Source: Halobacteriota archaeon
Lineage (GTDB): Archaea; Halobacteriota; Bog-38; Methanoflorentales; Methanoflorentaceae
Direction: 5' to 3'
NCBI GenBank assembly: GCA_050013755.1
Contig: JBEKER010000006.1
Coordinates: 872 to 64,871 of the forward strand
DNA: 64,000 nucleotides
Below are positions 38,654 to 47,695 of the stretch, piece by piece. The translations under genes were made by a program, and so were the position numbers. The first letter of the stretch is position 1. Each line of letters starts with the position of its first letter. The notes beneath the pieces are model-generated. The model had not been told where the DNA came from, searched no databases, and saw nothing but the letters and a program-made list of their open reading frames with translations.

Positions 38654-39598
38654 ATGTCGTGGATCAGAGAAAACGCGCATAACTCACTGTACAAAGCTTA
38701 CGAACGGCTTTTGGTCAGAGAAGTGACGTCAGCCCATATGCCCCAACACGTTGCGATAATACAGGATGGCAACCGGCGATATGCAGATAAGATAGGCGAA
38801 CCACGTGCGTGTGGCCACGTTTATGGCGCGTTGACGACTGAGCGGGTATTGTGGTGGTGTCTGGATCTCGGAATCGAACAACTGACGCTTTACGCCTTTT
38901 CAACCGAAAACTATCGTCGCTCGAAAGAGGAGCTCGAACCGTTGTTCTCGCTAATCGAACAGAGATTTGTCGATCTCTACAATGAAGAGCAAATCTACGA
39001 AAAAGAGGTTCAGGTGCGAATGATCGGAGAACGTGAACTGTTGCCCGACGGTGTGATCCGCTCTGTCGAGCGAGTAGAGGAAGCCACTCGTCACTTCAGA
39101 AAGCACTCCTTGAACTTTGCTCTGGCTTACGGAGGACGAAAGGAGATCGTTGATGTCGTGCGGTCATTGGCAACGCTGGTGGAAAACGACACTATCAGCG
39201 TCGATGAAATCGATGAAGATATGCTCACGAAGCTTTTCTACAACAACAATGCACTCGCGAACGTTGATCTTATAATCCGATCCGGTGGCGAAGCGCGCAC
39301 GTCGAATTTCTTGCCATGGCAGGCGAATGGCAACGAGTGTTGTTCCTACTTTTGTGCCCCATATTGGCCGGAATTTCGAAGAATTGATCTTCTCAGAGCT
39401 ATCCGCACATTTCAAGAGAGGGAGCGGGAGCGCAGAATCAGCATCGTTGAGCGCGCATTCTCTTTTCTGAACGAGATAGGCAAAGTCGAAGTTGAAGAGG
39501 TCTTCAAACTCTCGCGAAAGGCTTGCGTCATTAGTCACGAAGAAGTAAAAGAGATTCTCCGAGACTTTGTCCCAGCAATCAAAGCTAATAACGACTGA
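38654..39598 (+). CDS. uppS: cis-prenyltransferase (UPP synthase family), catalytic-type subunit
   Basis: It has HVAIIQDGNRRYA, LTLYAFSTENYRRS and RSGGEARTSNFLPWQ. The C-terminus lacks the usual R-x-G ending. I chose the ATG at 38654. Confidence 0.85.
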   Translation: MSWIRENAHNSLYKAYERLLVREVTSAHMPQHVAIIQDGNRRYADKIGEPRACGHVYGALTTERVLWWCLDLGIEQLTLYAFSTENYRRSKEELEPLFSLIEQRFVDLYNEEQIYEKEVQVRMIGERELLPDGVIRSVERVEEATRHFRKHSLNFALAYGGRKEIVDVVRSLATLVENDTISVDEIDEDMLTKLFYNNNALANVDLIIRSGGEARTSNFLPWQANGNECCSYFCAPYWPEFRRIDLLRAIRTFQERERERRISIVERAFSFLNEIGKVEVEEVFKLSRKACVISHEEVKEILRDFVPAIKANND

Positions 39599-40191
39599 TG
39601 AGAACTGCGGTTATACTTGCGGGAGGCAAAGGTTCCAGACTCAACTTCGTAGAAAAAGCGCTGCTTGAACTCCACGGAAAACCGATACTGAACCACATTA
39701 TTGAAACGCTCTCGCGCTGCGTTGATGAGATTATCGTTGTTGCAAGGGATGAGGAGCAGCAAAGGAGACTGCACCTCGCCGGAGTCACCATCGTGCGCGA
39801 TGAGGTTCAAGATTTCGGGCCTGTGGCAGGTATTTGCAGCGGGTTAAGTGCGTCTAGTTCTCAATACGCATTTGTCGCCGCTTGCGACATGCCGTTTATA
39901 AAGGCCGACGTCGTCGACTTGCTGTTTCTTAAGGCAGCAGGGTATGACGTAGCTATTCCGTATCCGCTGGAACCATTGCACGCGGTGTACAGGCGCGAAG
40001 CGACAATTCGAGCGGCGAAGGTGGCGATTCAGAGGCGCAAAGGGGCCATAATGTACGTCGTAGATCAGCTCCAGGTTAACTTCGTTCCGAAAGATGAGAT
40101 CCGCCTTATAGACCCCAGTTTGTGCACTTTCGTGAACATTAACAGCTTAGAAGACGTCGAAATATTAAACAAGAAAAAGCTGTGTGACTAA
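39598..40191 (+). CDS. mobA: Molybdenum cofactor guanylyltransferase
   Basis: It has AVILAGGKGSRL, PI..H and ACDMPFI. Its ATG overlaps the uppS stop (TGATG). Confidence 0.8.
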   Translation: MRTAVILAGGKGSRLNFVEKALLELHGKPILNHIIETLSRCVDEIIVVARDEEQQRRLHLAGVTIVRDEVQDFGPVAGICSGLSASSSQYAFVAACDMPFIKADVVDLLFLKAAGYDVAIPYPLEPLHAVYRREATIRAAKVAIQRRKGAIMYVVDQLQVNFVPKDEIRLIDPSLCTFVNINSLEDVEILNKKKLCD

Positions 40192-41255
40192 GGCGTCGGT
40201 TCAGATTCGGCGTCCGTTCGGGCTGGCGGCGCACGTGTAGCGTTCGGTGGTTTTTTTCGCGTCGCGAATAGTAGTACGAGCACTGCGCCTAGTATTCCAC
40301 AGAAAAGCACCGTGCCGCTGATCGCGCCGCCGCCGGCATACCCGTGCAAACCGGTGCTTACGCTTACGTAGGTTTGGAGAAATGGAAGGACGTACCCCAC
40401 GCCAAGAAACGTGCAGATGGCTGACAAAAATCCAAACGCGGCGATATAAGCAGCAAGAGAAGCGCTCCAGTTCTGTGTCTTCGCGTGCAGATAGATAAGA
40501 AACACAAACCATGTGATGAGCGCCCACGTCTCTATTGGATCCCAGCTCCAGTAACTTCCCCAGGCGCTCTCAGCCCAAATCGCTCCGGTTATTATGCCGA
40601 TAGTGAGGAGAGGAAATCCTACTGCGACGCTTTTATATGCTAAATCATCGAGCTGCTCTAGACTGAAGTTTGCTAGGGTGCCTGTCGATTCTGAAGTCCC
40701 CGAGGGCGGAGTGTCTTTAGAGCCCTCGTCTCTCTTACGGTTCAAGCGTTCTGTCATGCCCGCCTCGCTGAGCTGTTTGTCTTTGAACAAATACAGCATG
40801 CTCGCTGCGAAAGCGATGACGAAAGCGCAGTACGATAGAATAATGATTGGCACGTGTATAAAGATCCAAACACTCTGCAGTGCTGGGATAAGCGGGGCGG
40901 GGTTTGTCGGTTGCATAGAGGCGAAGCCGAGTAGTACGAATGCGAGCGGCAGGATCAGCACTCCGGCACTCTTATAATCAGATTTAAAGTTCAATATCAA
41001 ATAGCCGCCCACGGCAGCCCACGCAAAAAATGAAATCACTTCATAGGTGCTGATCCAAGGCGGGTAGCCTGCGTACAGCCATCGGGTCGCGAGGGCAAGG
41101 GTTTGAAACGCGAATCCAAAAAGTGCTAGGGTAAATCCCATCTCTGCGAGTCGTCGCTTCTTTATTGAAAAATATAGCACAAAAAGAACCGACGAAATCA
41201 GATAGGTTCCAAGTGCAATTTCGAATCCAAGATGTTCAAGAGCTGCTGCGTCCAT
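40188..41255 (-). CDS. ccsA: Cytochrome c biogenesis protein CcsA (System II heme handling)
   Basis: It has the Trp-rich WWD motif AWGSYWSWDPIETWALITW followed by the conserved His (YLH), is multi-TM, and has a Pro/Thr-rich C-terminal tail. Confidence 0.85.
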   Translation of the reverse strand: MDAAALEHLGFEIALGTYLISSVLFVLYFSIKKRRLAEMGFTLALFGFAFQTLALATRWLYAGYPPWISTYEVISFFAWAAVGGYLILNFKSDYKSAGVLILPLAFVLLGFASMQPTNPAPLIPALQSVWIFIHVPIIILSYCAFVIAFAASMLYLFKDKQLSEAGMTERLNRKRDEGSKDTPPSGTSESTGTLANFSLEQLDDLAYKSVAVGFPLLTIGIITGAIWAESAWGSYWSWDPIETWALITWFVFLIYLHAKTQNWSASLAAYIAAFGFLSAICTFLGVGYVLPFLQTYVSVSTGLHGYAGGGAISGTVLFCGILGAVLVLLFATRKKPPNATRAPPARTDAESEPTP

Positions 41256-41283
41256 GGGTCGTTCTACTCAGTTCAATGCTCCC

Positions 41284-42252
41284 TCATATTTCTTCTGATT
41301 TGTTCCCATGGTCAAGGTGAGCGCGGCTCTCTAGCTTCGTGCGCACGCCCTCAATCTCCCTAAAAAACCTTGCTGAGCTTTTGTTACTAATCGCGCCGAG
41401 CTGCGTGCTCTGGTCAGACTCCTTGATCCAAATTCTCTTGTGTGGGACGTAAAGCGATAGCATTATCCCTACTAGCGTGATCGCTGCTCCGACCCACACG
41501 AAGGAGACTCCAGACGCGCTTTTGATTTGAAACGCGACCCAGGCATTTCCGGACTCTGTCACTCCGTATCCATAAAGGTAGAAAGTAAGCCCCTTGTACG
41601 TTAGCGGCCCGTTGACCGTGACGTTGTAAGTCTGAACAAGGTTTCCATCTAGAACGGTGACCGTAGCCGTGTAGTCTCGTACGGCACCATTATTGTAATA
41701 GCTGAGGCTAAAATCGTCGAGTCGCAAGGCAAAGCCATCAACTTGCAGCGAACTGCCCTCTGGAATGACTGCAATTTTGTTGTTGTATGGGTTTGCATTT
41801 CCATAAGCGGCTCCGATGGCAACGCCAAGCAAGAGTATTAACACTCCAACATGCGCGATGTGAGGCCCGAATCTACCAACCCTCCCCTTCTGAGCCAACA
41901 AAAAGGTTGTACTCTCTGTCATTGTTTCACGGATCGCATACCCTTTCAGACTGTCTCTGACTTGGGTAAGCGTGACTCCTGAAAGGCGCACGGAGTACGG
42001 GAGCGCCTGCATGAAGTGATCACTTACCTCTACTTGAGGCCGTCTTAAGTCACGCCACAAGGGAACGATCCTCGTCAGACTGCAGAGAGCGGCTGATACC
42101 GCAAGTACTCCGATAAGAGCGAGAAACCAGGGGCTTCCAAAAACTACGTCGCCACCAGGGTAAAGTGTACCAACAACTGAGACGAGTATAATCAGGCCTA
42201 TGACAGCGACCGCAAATCTGGTCGAAGTCAGCACTTTGATTGCGAAATTCAT
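41284..42252 (-). CDS. ResB/Ccs1-family cytochrome c biogenesis protein (short form)
   Basis: It has the N-terminal LTSTRFAVAVIGLIILVSVVGTL, an internal GRFGPHIAHVGVLILLLG (His in TM) and C-terminal TM plus KRIW. It lies directly upstream of ccsA. Confidence 0.7.
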   Translation of the reverse strand: MNFAIKVLTSTRFAVAVIGLIILVSVVGTLYPGGDVVFGSPWFLALIGVLAVSAALCSLTRIVPLWRDLRRPQVEVSDHFMQALPYSVRLSGVTLTQVRDSLKGYAIRETMTESTTFLLAQKGRVGRFGPHIAHVGVLILLLGVAIGAAYGNANPYNNKIAVIPEGSSLQVDGFALRLDDFSLSYYNNGAVRDYTATVTVLDGNLVQTYNVTVNGPLTYKGLTFYLYGYGVTESGNAWVAFQIKSASGVSFVWVGAAITLVGIMLSLYVPHKRIWIKESDQSTQLGAISNKSSARFFREIEGVRTKLESRAHLDHGNKSEEI

Positions 42253-42382
42253 ACGGCTTACGTTGATCTCAGTGTTGTAGAGCAGTCAAATTGGCGATTT
42301 ACGCAGCTGCTCGCGGTTCGGGTGGTGGTCACCGTCGACCCGACGAAATCGGATGTGCGCGACAGATAGGCCCGCCGCGCAA

Positions 42383-43021
42383 TCACAGCCCGTGCCGTCG
42401 TTGCCTTTTCTGATAGTCCCGGATGGCCCTGAGCAAATCCATTCTTCTAAAATTCGCCCAATTAACTTCAGTGAAGTATAATTCGGAATAAACCGCTTGC
42501 CATATCAAGAAATCGGTCAAACGATTCTCGCCCGTTCTTATCACAAGTTCAGGCTCTTCCTTGAAGATGAGGTGCGCATTAATAGTGTCCTCGGATATCT
42601 CATCGGCGTGAAGCTCCCTATTCTGGACCTCTTGCGCTATCGACCGAATGGCGTCGACCAGCTCTTTCTTGCCTCCGTATCCGATCGAGATACTCACAGC
42701 AGGGCTCTCATCGCCGCTAATGGTTTCTGGGGCGTCCGGTGAGTAGATAGTAGCGGTTACTGACGTAGATTGAAGACAGTCAGTAACCCTTTGGACGATC
42801 TGCGACCGCAGTTTTTGATTTACCTCTTCTCCGAGGCGCAGCATGTTTATGTAGACAGTTACTCGACTTATGCCAATCTCGCTGCACCATGAGGCGAAGG
42901 CGCTAATTCGCTTGTAAGCGTCGACGCTATCGAGATCCTTTTCGGCAATGACGAGTACCACGTGGCGTGGCACTTCTCGAATCTGGTCGAAAAGTCGTCG
43001 TTCGTAAAGGTTCGAAATCAT
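42383..43021 (-). CDS. cis-prenyltransferase-fold protein lacking catalytic motifs (NgBR/Nus1-like accessory subunit candidate)
   Basis: It aligns to the UPPS fold (RTGENRLTDFLIWQAVYSELYF...W..F...DLLRAIRDYQKRQRRHGL). It has VVLVIAEKD instead of DGNRR, and it ends in an R-x-G motif. Confidence 0.65.
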   Translation of the reverse strand: MISNLYERRLFDQIREVPRHVVLVIAEKDLDSVDAYKRISAFASWCSEIGISRVTVYINMLRLGEEVNQKLRSQIVQRVTDCLQSTSVTATIYSPDAPETISGDESPAVSISIGYGGKKELVDAIRSIAQEVQNRELHADEISEDTINAHLIFKEEPELVIRTGENRLTDFLIWQAVYSELYFTEVNWANFRRMDLLRAIRDYQKRQRRHGL

Positions 43022-43093
43022 CTCTTACCCTCTCGCAGTTTGCAGCTCTGTCTGCACTCTCACTATCCGTCGCAAACGTAAAGTACTTCCAGC

Positions 43094-44410
43094 GTGAACC
43101 AAAAGGGGGTTAGCGTGAACATCGTTGAAGCACGCAGGCTGACACTTCGCGCGAGTTTCGGGTTGGTCGCCCTGGTAGTTCCGTTTTTGGGGAGCGCAGG
43201 ATCACTTTTCTTCTTTTTGTTTTTATCTTTGTTGATTGTTCTCGTTAATCCCAAGATGCACGTTTTCCTGCTGCTCGCAACGGTACCTGATCGAAAATCT
43301 GAAGTCCTTGTCAAGCCACTTGCTCTGATGTTATCTTTGACGGCGTTGTGCATATTTAGCGTAGTCTCTAGCTTGCCACTGTATGTAGTGAGTGATGTTA
43401 TCATAATTGTAACGTTGGCTGAAGTTTTGGCTGTTCTCTTTGAATCGTACGGCGGCTTAACTAGCAGTTTGATTTTCATACTGTCAGGCGGTTTTTTTGG
43501 TTTTCTAGTTGGGGGGGCTGCTGCCACGTTTACAAACGTGAACGCTTCGGCGGACTTCTTGCTTTTTGTTGCTATGATCGGTGCGCTTGTGGGAGCACTA
43601 TTGCGGACCATTTTGCATGACATAGAAGAGAATGTGGTCCTCCCACTCGGCATCGGTTTTGCAATATGGCTCTTCGTCGGGTTCGACTACTCAGTGCCGG
43701 TGCTGCGACTTCTCTTGACTCTCCTCTTCATGATTCTCATCGGCTACGCCCTCGGGAGGGTCAGATTGGCAGATGTCTCAGGAGTTCTCAGCGGCATTCT
43801 TATGGGCCTCCTTATAGTCTCTTTCACGGACTTTCGGTGGTTCGTGCTCATCCTCTCGTTCTTCGTTATCGGCGGAATTTTTACGAAGTACAAGTACGAT
43901 TATAAACGCGCTATCGGCATTGCGCAAGCGGGAGGCGGCGCGCGAGGGTATAAGAATGTGTTCGGCAATGGACTGGTAGCGCTTGTTTGTGCTATCGCTT
44001 TCGGGATAACGGGCAACGCGCTGCTTATCGTCGCGTATATTGGTGCCGTAGCGACGGCCACGGGTGATACCCTCGCGAGCGAGATCGGACAGACCCACAA
44101 GAATCTGCCGCGGTTGATCACTGACCTACGGTGGGTACCGCACGGCACCGACGGTGGGATAACGACGCTGGGAGAGTACTCCGCTTTGGCCGGCGCTGGA
44201 GCGATAGCGATAATCGGTGTTATTCTTGGAATTGGAGCCGCCAATACGGTGGTTCCCGTCATTCTCGGTGGTTTTTTCGGAGCCAACTTTGATAGCGTGT
44301 TGGGTGCGGTATTCGAACGGCGGCACTATTTGACCAACAGCTCGGTCAATCTCTTAGCGACTGTGGCCGGTGCTATTGCAGCGGTGATTATCTATCTATT
44401 GCTTTTGTGA
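43094..44410 (+). CDS. DUF92 (TMEM19/VTE6-like, COG1836) integral membrane protein with N-terminal multi-TM extension
   Basis: The C-terminal half has FTKYKYDYK, GGARGYKNVFGNG, GDTLASEIGQ, GT.GGIT..G and the glycine-rich TMs of DUF92. It has a GTG start. Confidence 0.65.
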   Translation: MNQKGVSVNIVEARRLTLRASFGLVALVVPFLGSAGSLFFFLFLSLLIVLVNPKMHVFLLLATVPDRKSEVLVKPLALMLSLTALCIFSVVSSLPLYVVSDVIIIVTLAEVLAVLFESYGGLTSSLIFILSGGFFGFLVGGAAATFTNVNASADFLLFVAMIGALVGALLRTILHDIEENVVLPLGIGFAIWLFVGFDYSVPVLRLLLTLLFMILIGYALGRVRLADVSGVLSGILMGLLIVSFTDFRWFVLILSFFVIGGIFTKYKYDYKRAIGIAQAGGGARGYKNVFGNGLVALVCAIAFGITGNALLIVAYIGAVATATGDTLASEIGQTHKNLPRLITDLRWVPHGTDGGITTLGEYSALAGAGAIAIIGVILGIGAANTVVPVILGGFFGANFDSVLGAVFERRHYLTNSSVNLLATVAGAIAAVIIYLLLL

Positions 44411-44493
44411 AACTCAGAATCACGTTTCCCTGGCCTTTCGACCGAAAGATCATCGCGTCGGACAATAAAAACTGCTTCTCGATCGAATAGAGG

Positions 44494-45270
44494 TCACCTG
44501 ATAGTCAGATGCTCGCTCAAAAGCCGATGAACGATTGCTTCGCGTAGGTCGCTTACGCAATTGAAGGGTGACTCTTCTAACCTGAAGACGAGCGAGAACG
44601 TAACGCCTTCTTCATCTGTTTTTGATACAATCACTTCAATTGTTTGTTGGTTGATCGCTGCTGCTTTTTCCGCCTCGTGTCGAATGATCTGCTTTGCGAG
44701 GCGCAAGTCTGAGTCATAGGAAATGCGAACATCTATTCGAGCTGCTATGTTAGAGTCAGAGTGGTTGAAAACTACTTCGCTCGTTATTGCTGAATTCGGA
44801 ATGATCATGTGTGCATCGAGCAGGCGAATAACCGTATGTCTGAAGGTGATATCCTCTACAAAGCCGGATTCTCCGCGCACGGTAATGAAATCACCTACTC
44901 CAAATGGTTTGAATATAACAATAGCGATGCCTGCGATGATATTCGAAAGGGTGTTCTGGGCTGCAATTCCGATGATGATACCGATAATGCTAACGCTGGC
45001 AAAAATAGCGATCGAAAGCGACTGCAACTGCGGCGTCGAATAAATTATGATGATCAGACCGGTTACGTAGACTGCCGCGATGATAAGCCGTCGAAGAGCG
45101 ATGTATTTAGTTGCGCTTACTCTCAGTCTTATCGAAGCTCGGCGCAAGTACCGATCTAGAAACGTCTCAATAACCCTGGCCGCGATGATGGTGACGGCTG
45201 CGAATAGTAGGACCCTTAACAGGATGGCTGCTGGCGAGTTCAAATCGTAAAGGTCGTTTGGCAGTGCCAT
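44494..45270 (-). CDS. Small-conductance mechanosensitive channel (MscS family)
   Basis: It has three N-terminal TMs, the pore helix IGIIIGIAAQNTLSNIIAGIAIVIFKPF.VGD.I and a beta domain. Confidence 0.8.
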   Translation of the reverse strand: MALPNDLYDLNSPAAILLRVLLFAAVTIIAARVIETFLDRYLRRASIRLRVSATKYIALRRLIIAAVYVTGLIIIIYSTPQLQSLSIAIFASVSIIGIIIGIAAQNTLSNIIAGIAIVIFKPFGVGDFITVRGESGFVEDITFRHTVIRLLDAHMIIPNSAITSEVVFNHSDSNIAARIDVRISYDSDLRLAKQIIRHEAEKAAAINQQTIEVIVSKTDEEGVTFSLVFRLEESPFNCVSDLREAIVHRLLSEHLTIR

Positions 45271-45302
45271 GTGCTCACGAAAAGCGTCCGAAAGGTGGAA
45301 CG

Positions 45303-47063
45303 CTACTCCGGATAGTAGTATTCTCCGTTTTCGCGTTGTTGGCGGTCCAACTTAGAAGCCATCTTGTTTACTCTCGGCCGGTGGGTGTCTTGATCTCTTC
45401 GGAAAGTGATTCCAATGTCTTTCAAGAAGCGGTTCATCCCATGGTGCATGTCGAAAGGACCTTGTGCTGCGCCACGCACGCCAGGGTCTCCGGCAAAAAC
45501 CATCAATCGCTCACTGGCGAGGTCGATCATATAGATATCGTGATCAACAAGAAGCGTGCCCACCTTCTTGTTCTCGGTGAAGCGACGAATCAGACTCGTC
45601 GCCAGCGCCCGCTGCTCTACATCGAGATGTGCGCTTGGCTCATCGAGCATGAAAAGGTCCGCATCGCGGCTCAGGCACGCTGCGATGGCTACCCGTTGGA
45701 GTTCGCCGCCGCTCAAATTGTCAACAGAGCGCTCTAATATGTGTTCGAGCTGCAGCGGTTTGAGGATTTCAGTTCGGTAGTAGCTCGTGTCGTAGGAGTC
45801 GGTGATCGCTCTTAACAGAGAGCCGACGTTTTCTCCTGGATTGTCTTTTCCCGTGACATACTGTGGTTTGTAAGAAGTCTTCACTTCCACGTCGACCTTT
45901 CCTTCATCCGGTTCGATAACCCCTGCGAGCAACTTCACGAATGTTGTTTTTCCGGTGCCATTAGCGCCCATTATGCCGATTACACCTTTTGTAAGCTCAC
46001 CGCCTTTTGCCTCAAACGTGAATGAATCGTAGCTCTTTTTGAGATGTTCGACGTGCGCCAGGATGCGCACATCTGTGTCGACGCGCGGTGCGTGGAGCTC
46101 AAATTTGATCGGATCAGTTCTGATGCGAACGTTCTCTTCTCGAAGATACCCCTTAAGGTACTCATTAATGCCGACTCTCACGCCTTTCGGGGTGGTAATG
46201 ACGCCGTATGCTCCAGGTTCGCCAAAGGCGATATAAACGATATCTGCAAGCAAATCAAGGATCGCGAGATCGTGCTCAATGACTAAAACGTTCTTTTGCT
46301 TTGCAAGCTCCCGGATCGTTCGTGCGATCTTGACGCGCTGATAAATATCAAGATACGGTGTCAGTTCGTCGAAGAAGTAGAAGTCGGCATCTCGCGCGAT
46401 GGTGGCTGCAATAGCCAGGCGTTGCAGTTCACCGCCACTCAAATGTCTTACCTCGCGCTCTTTGACGTCCTGAAGCTCAAGTTGATCGAACAGTTCGCGA
46501 CTTATACCGCGTTCGTCGGCTTTGTCTATGAGGTCAGCGACCTTGCCTGCGTACGCGCGAGGGATAAGGTCAACGTACTGCGGTTTGCTAGCAGTTCGCA
46601 GCGTGCCTTCGTAAACGCCCTTTAGATAATCGTGCAGCTCGGTTCCCGAGTAGTGCTCTAAGACTTCTTCCTCACTAATGTGGTCTTGGCCAAAATTTGG
46701 CTTGATCTCGCCAGAGAGAATGTTGGTTATCGTAGTCTTGCCTATCCCATTTGGTCCTAGAATGCCAGTTACGCGGCCAGCTCGCGGAATCGCAAGTCCG
46801 TAAAGAGCAAAACCATTGACGCCGTAGCGATGGGTGGGCTGCTCGAGCTCTTCAGGCAAACTGACGATCGCTATCGCATCAAATGGACATTTTTTGATGC
46901 AAATGCCGCACCCTACGCACAGCTCTTCTGAAATGACGGGCTTGCCGTCGGGTCCAATGATTATCGTTTCGTCACCTGTTCTGACCCGAGGACAAAAACG
47001 CACACACTCTGTGCCGCATTTTTTGCTGCGGCAGCTCTTCTTTTTTAGCACCGCTATTCTCAT
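45303..47063 (-). CDS. ABCE1 (RNase L inhibitor) ribosome recycling ATPase
   Basis: It has the N-terminal 2x[4Fe-4S] domain (C..KKCG.EC..FCP; CVGCGICIKKCP) plus two ABC domains (GPNGIGKTT / LSGGELQR; GANGTGKTT / LSGGELQR). Confidence 0.95.
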   Translation of the reverse strand: MRIAVLKKKSCRSKKCGTECVRFCPRVRTGDETIIIGPDGKPVISEELCVGCGICIKKCPFDAIAIVSLPEELEQPTHRYGVNGFALYGLAIPRAGRVTGILGPNGIGKTTITNILSGEIKPNFGQDHISEEEVLEHYSGTELHDYLKGVYEGTLRTASKPQYVDLIPRAYAGKVADLIDKADERGISRELFDQLELQDVKEREVRHLSGGELQRLAIAATIARDADFYFFDELTPYLDIYQRVKIARTIRELAKQKNVLVIEHDLAILDLLADIVYIAFGEPGAYGVITTPKGVRVGINEYLKGYLREENVRIRTDPIKFELHAPRVDTDVRILAHVEHLKKSYDSFTFEAKGGELTKGVIGIMGANGTGKTTFVKLLAGVIEPDEGKVDVEVKTSYKPQYVTGKDNPGENVGSLLRAITDSYDTSYYRTEILKPLQLEHILERSVDNLSGGELQRVAIAACLSRDADLFMLDEPSAHLDVEQRALATSLIRRFTENKKVGTLLVDHDIYMIDLASERLMVFAGDPGVRGAAQGPFDMHHGMNRFLKDIGITFRRDQDTHRPRVNKMASKLDRQQRENGEYYYPE

Positions 47064-47091
47064 CGTCGTGAGACCGCTCCTCGCGTCATGC

Positions 47092-47460
47092 CTAGGCTGG
47101 GTGATTCAACAATATCGTCCAGCTGACAAACCAGAAAGCGAACGTCATAAACACTAGGAAAAACCAATCTGTAAAACGATATTCTTTCGTGTCAATCTTG
47201 ATGCGAGGCAGGGCAAGCCTCTGGGCATACACCACTACTAGAAGTATCAAAATCCCGTAAGCGGGCAGATAGTACGAGAAGACTCCCCCGGCAATACCGA
47301 GCAGCGACGAAAGTAACGTCTTTTTGATGCCTTCGACGTGCTTTGTCTGTTCTTCTTGTTCTTGCCTTTCATCGGTTTTTGCCGGACCTTTTTTTTCAGC
47401 CTTTTGCGCGGCACCTTTTTTTTCAGTTTTCGGGGCAGCCTTTTCTTTAGTTTTTGCCAT
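47092..47460 (-). CDS. Small membrane protein with Lys/Glu-rich N-terminal tail
   Basis: The 122-aa product has a charged repeat tail (TEKKGAAQKA/EKKGPAKTD) followed by hydrophobic helices. I recognise no family. Confidence 0.5.
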   Translation of the reverse strand: MAKTKEKAAPKTEKKGAAQKAEKKGPAKTDERQEQEEQTKHVEGIKKTLLSSLLGIAGGVFSYYLPAYGILILLVVVYAQRLALPRIKIDTKEYRFTDWFFLVFMTFAFWFVSWTILLNHPA

Positions 47461-47695
47461 GCTTCGACTTCAACTAAGCCTCAACTGTGTTTATATGTTT
47501 TGCGGCTTTGTTAGTGCACTGCAGGCATGCTCAAGTTACACGTGGCTCAGCGTCAGTGATTCGCATCTCGAAGAGGTGAAGACTTGTGCAACAGACACGT
47601 CACGAGATCACAGGTTTTATTCGCTTTACTGGCCATATAGGAGTAGTTCGTTCACTAACGACACTTGTGCTCGAGGCGATCGCTTGAAGAACGTA

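Noticed and set aside
43063-43653. A 196-aa - strand ORF overlaps the start of the DUF92 gene.
   Set aside because: It is the antisense shadow of a membrane-protein gene. Its Lys/Thr/Ser-rich translation has no motifs or ribosome-binding site.
47324-47695. The long N-terminal extension of the track ORF 47324..49633 would give a 769-aa protein.
   Set aside because: The extension is Cys/Ser/Phe-rich junk antisense to the small membrane protein gene. The conserved NFACT-N domain starts at the ATG at 47696.
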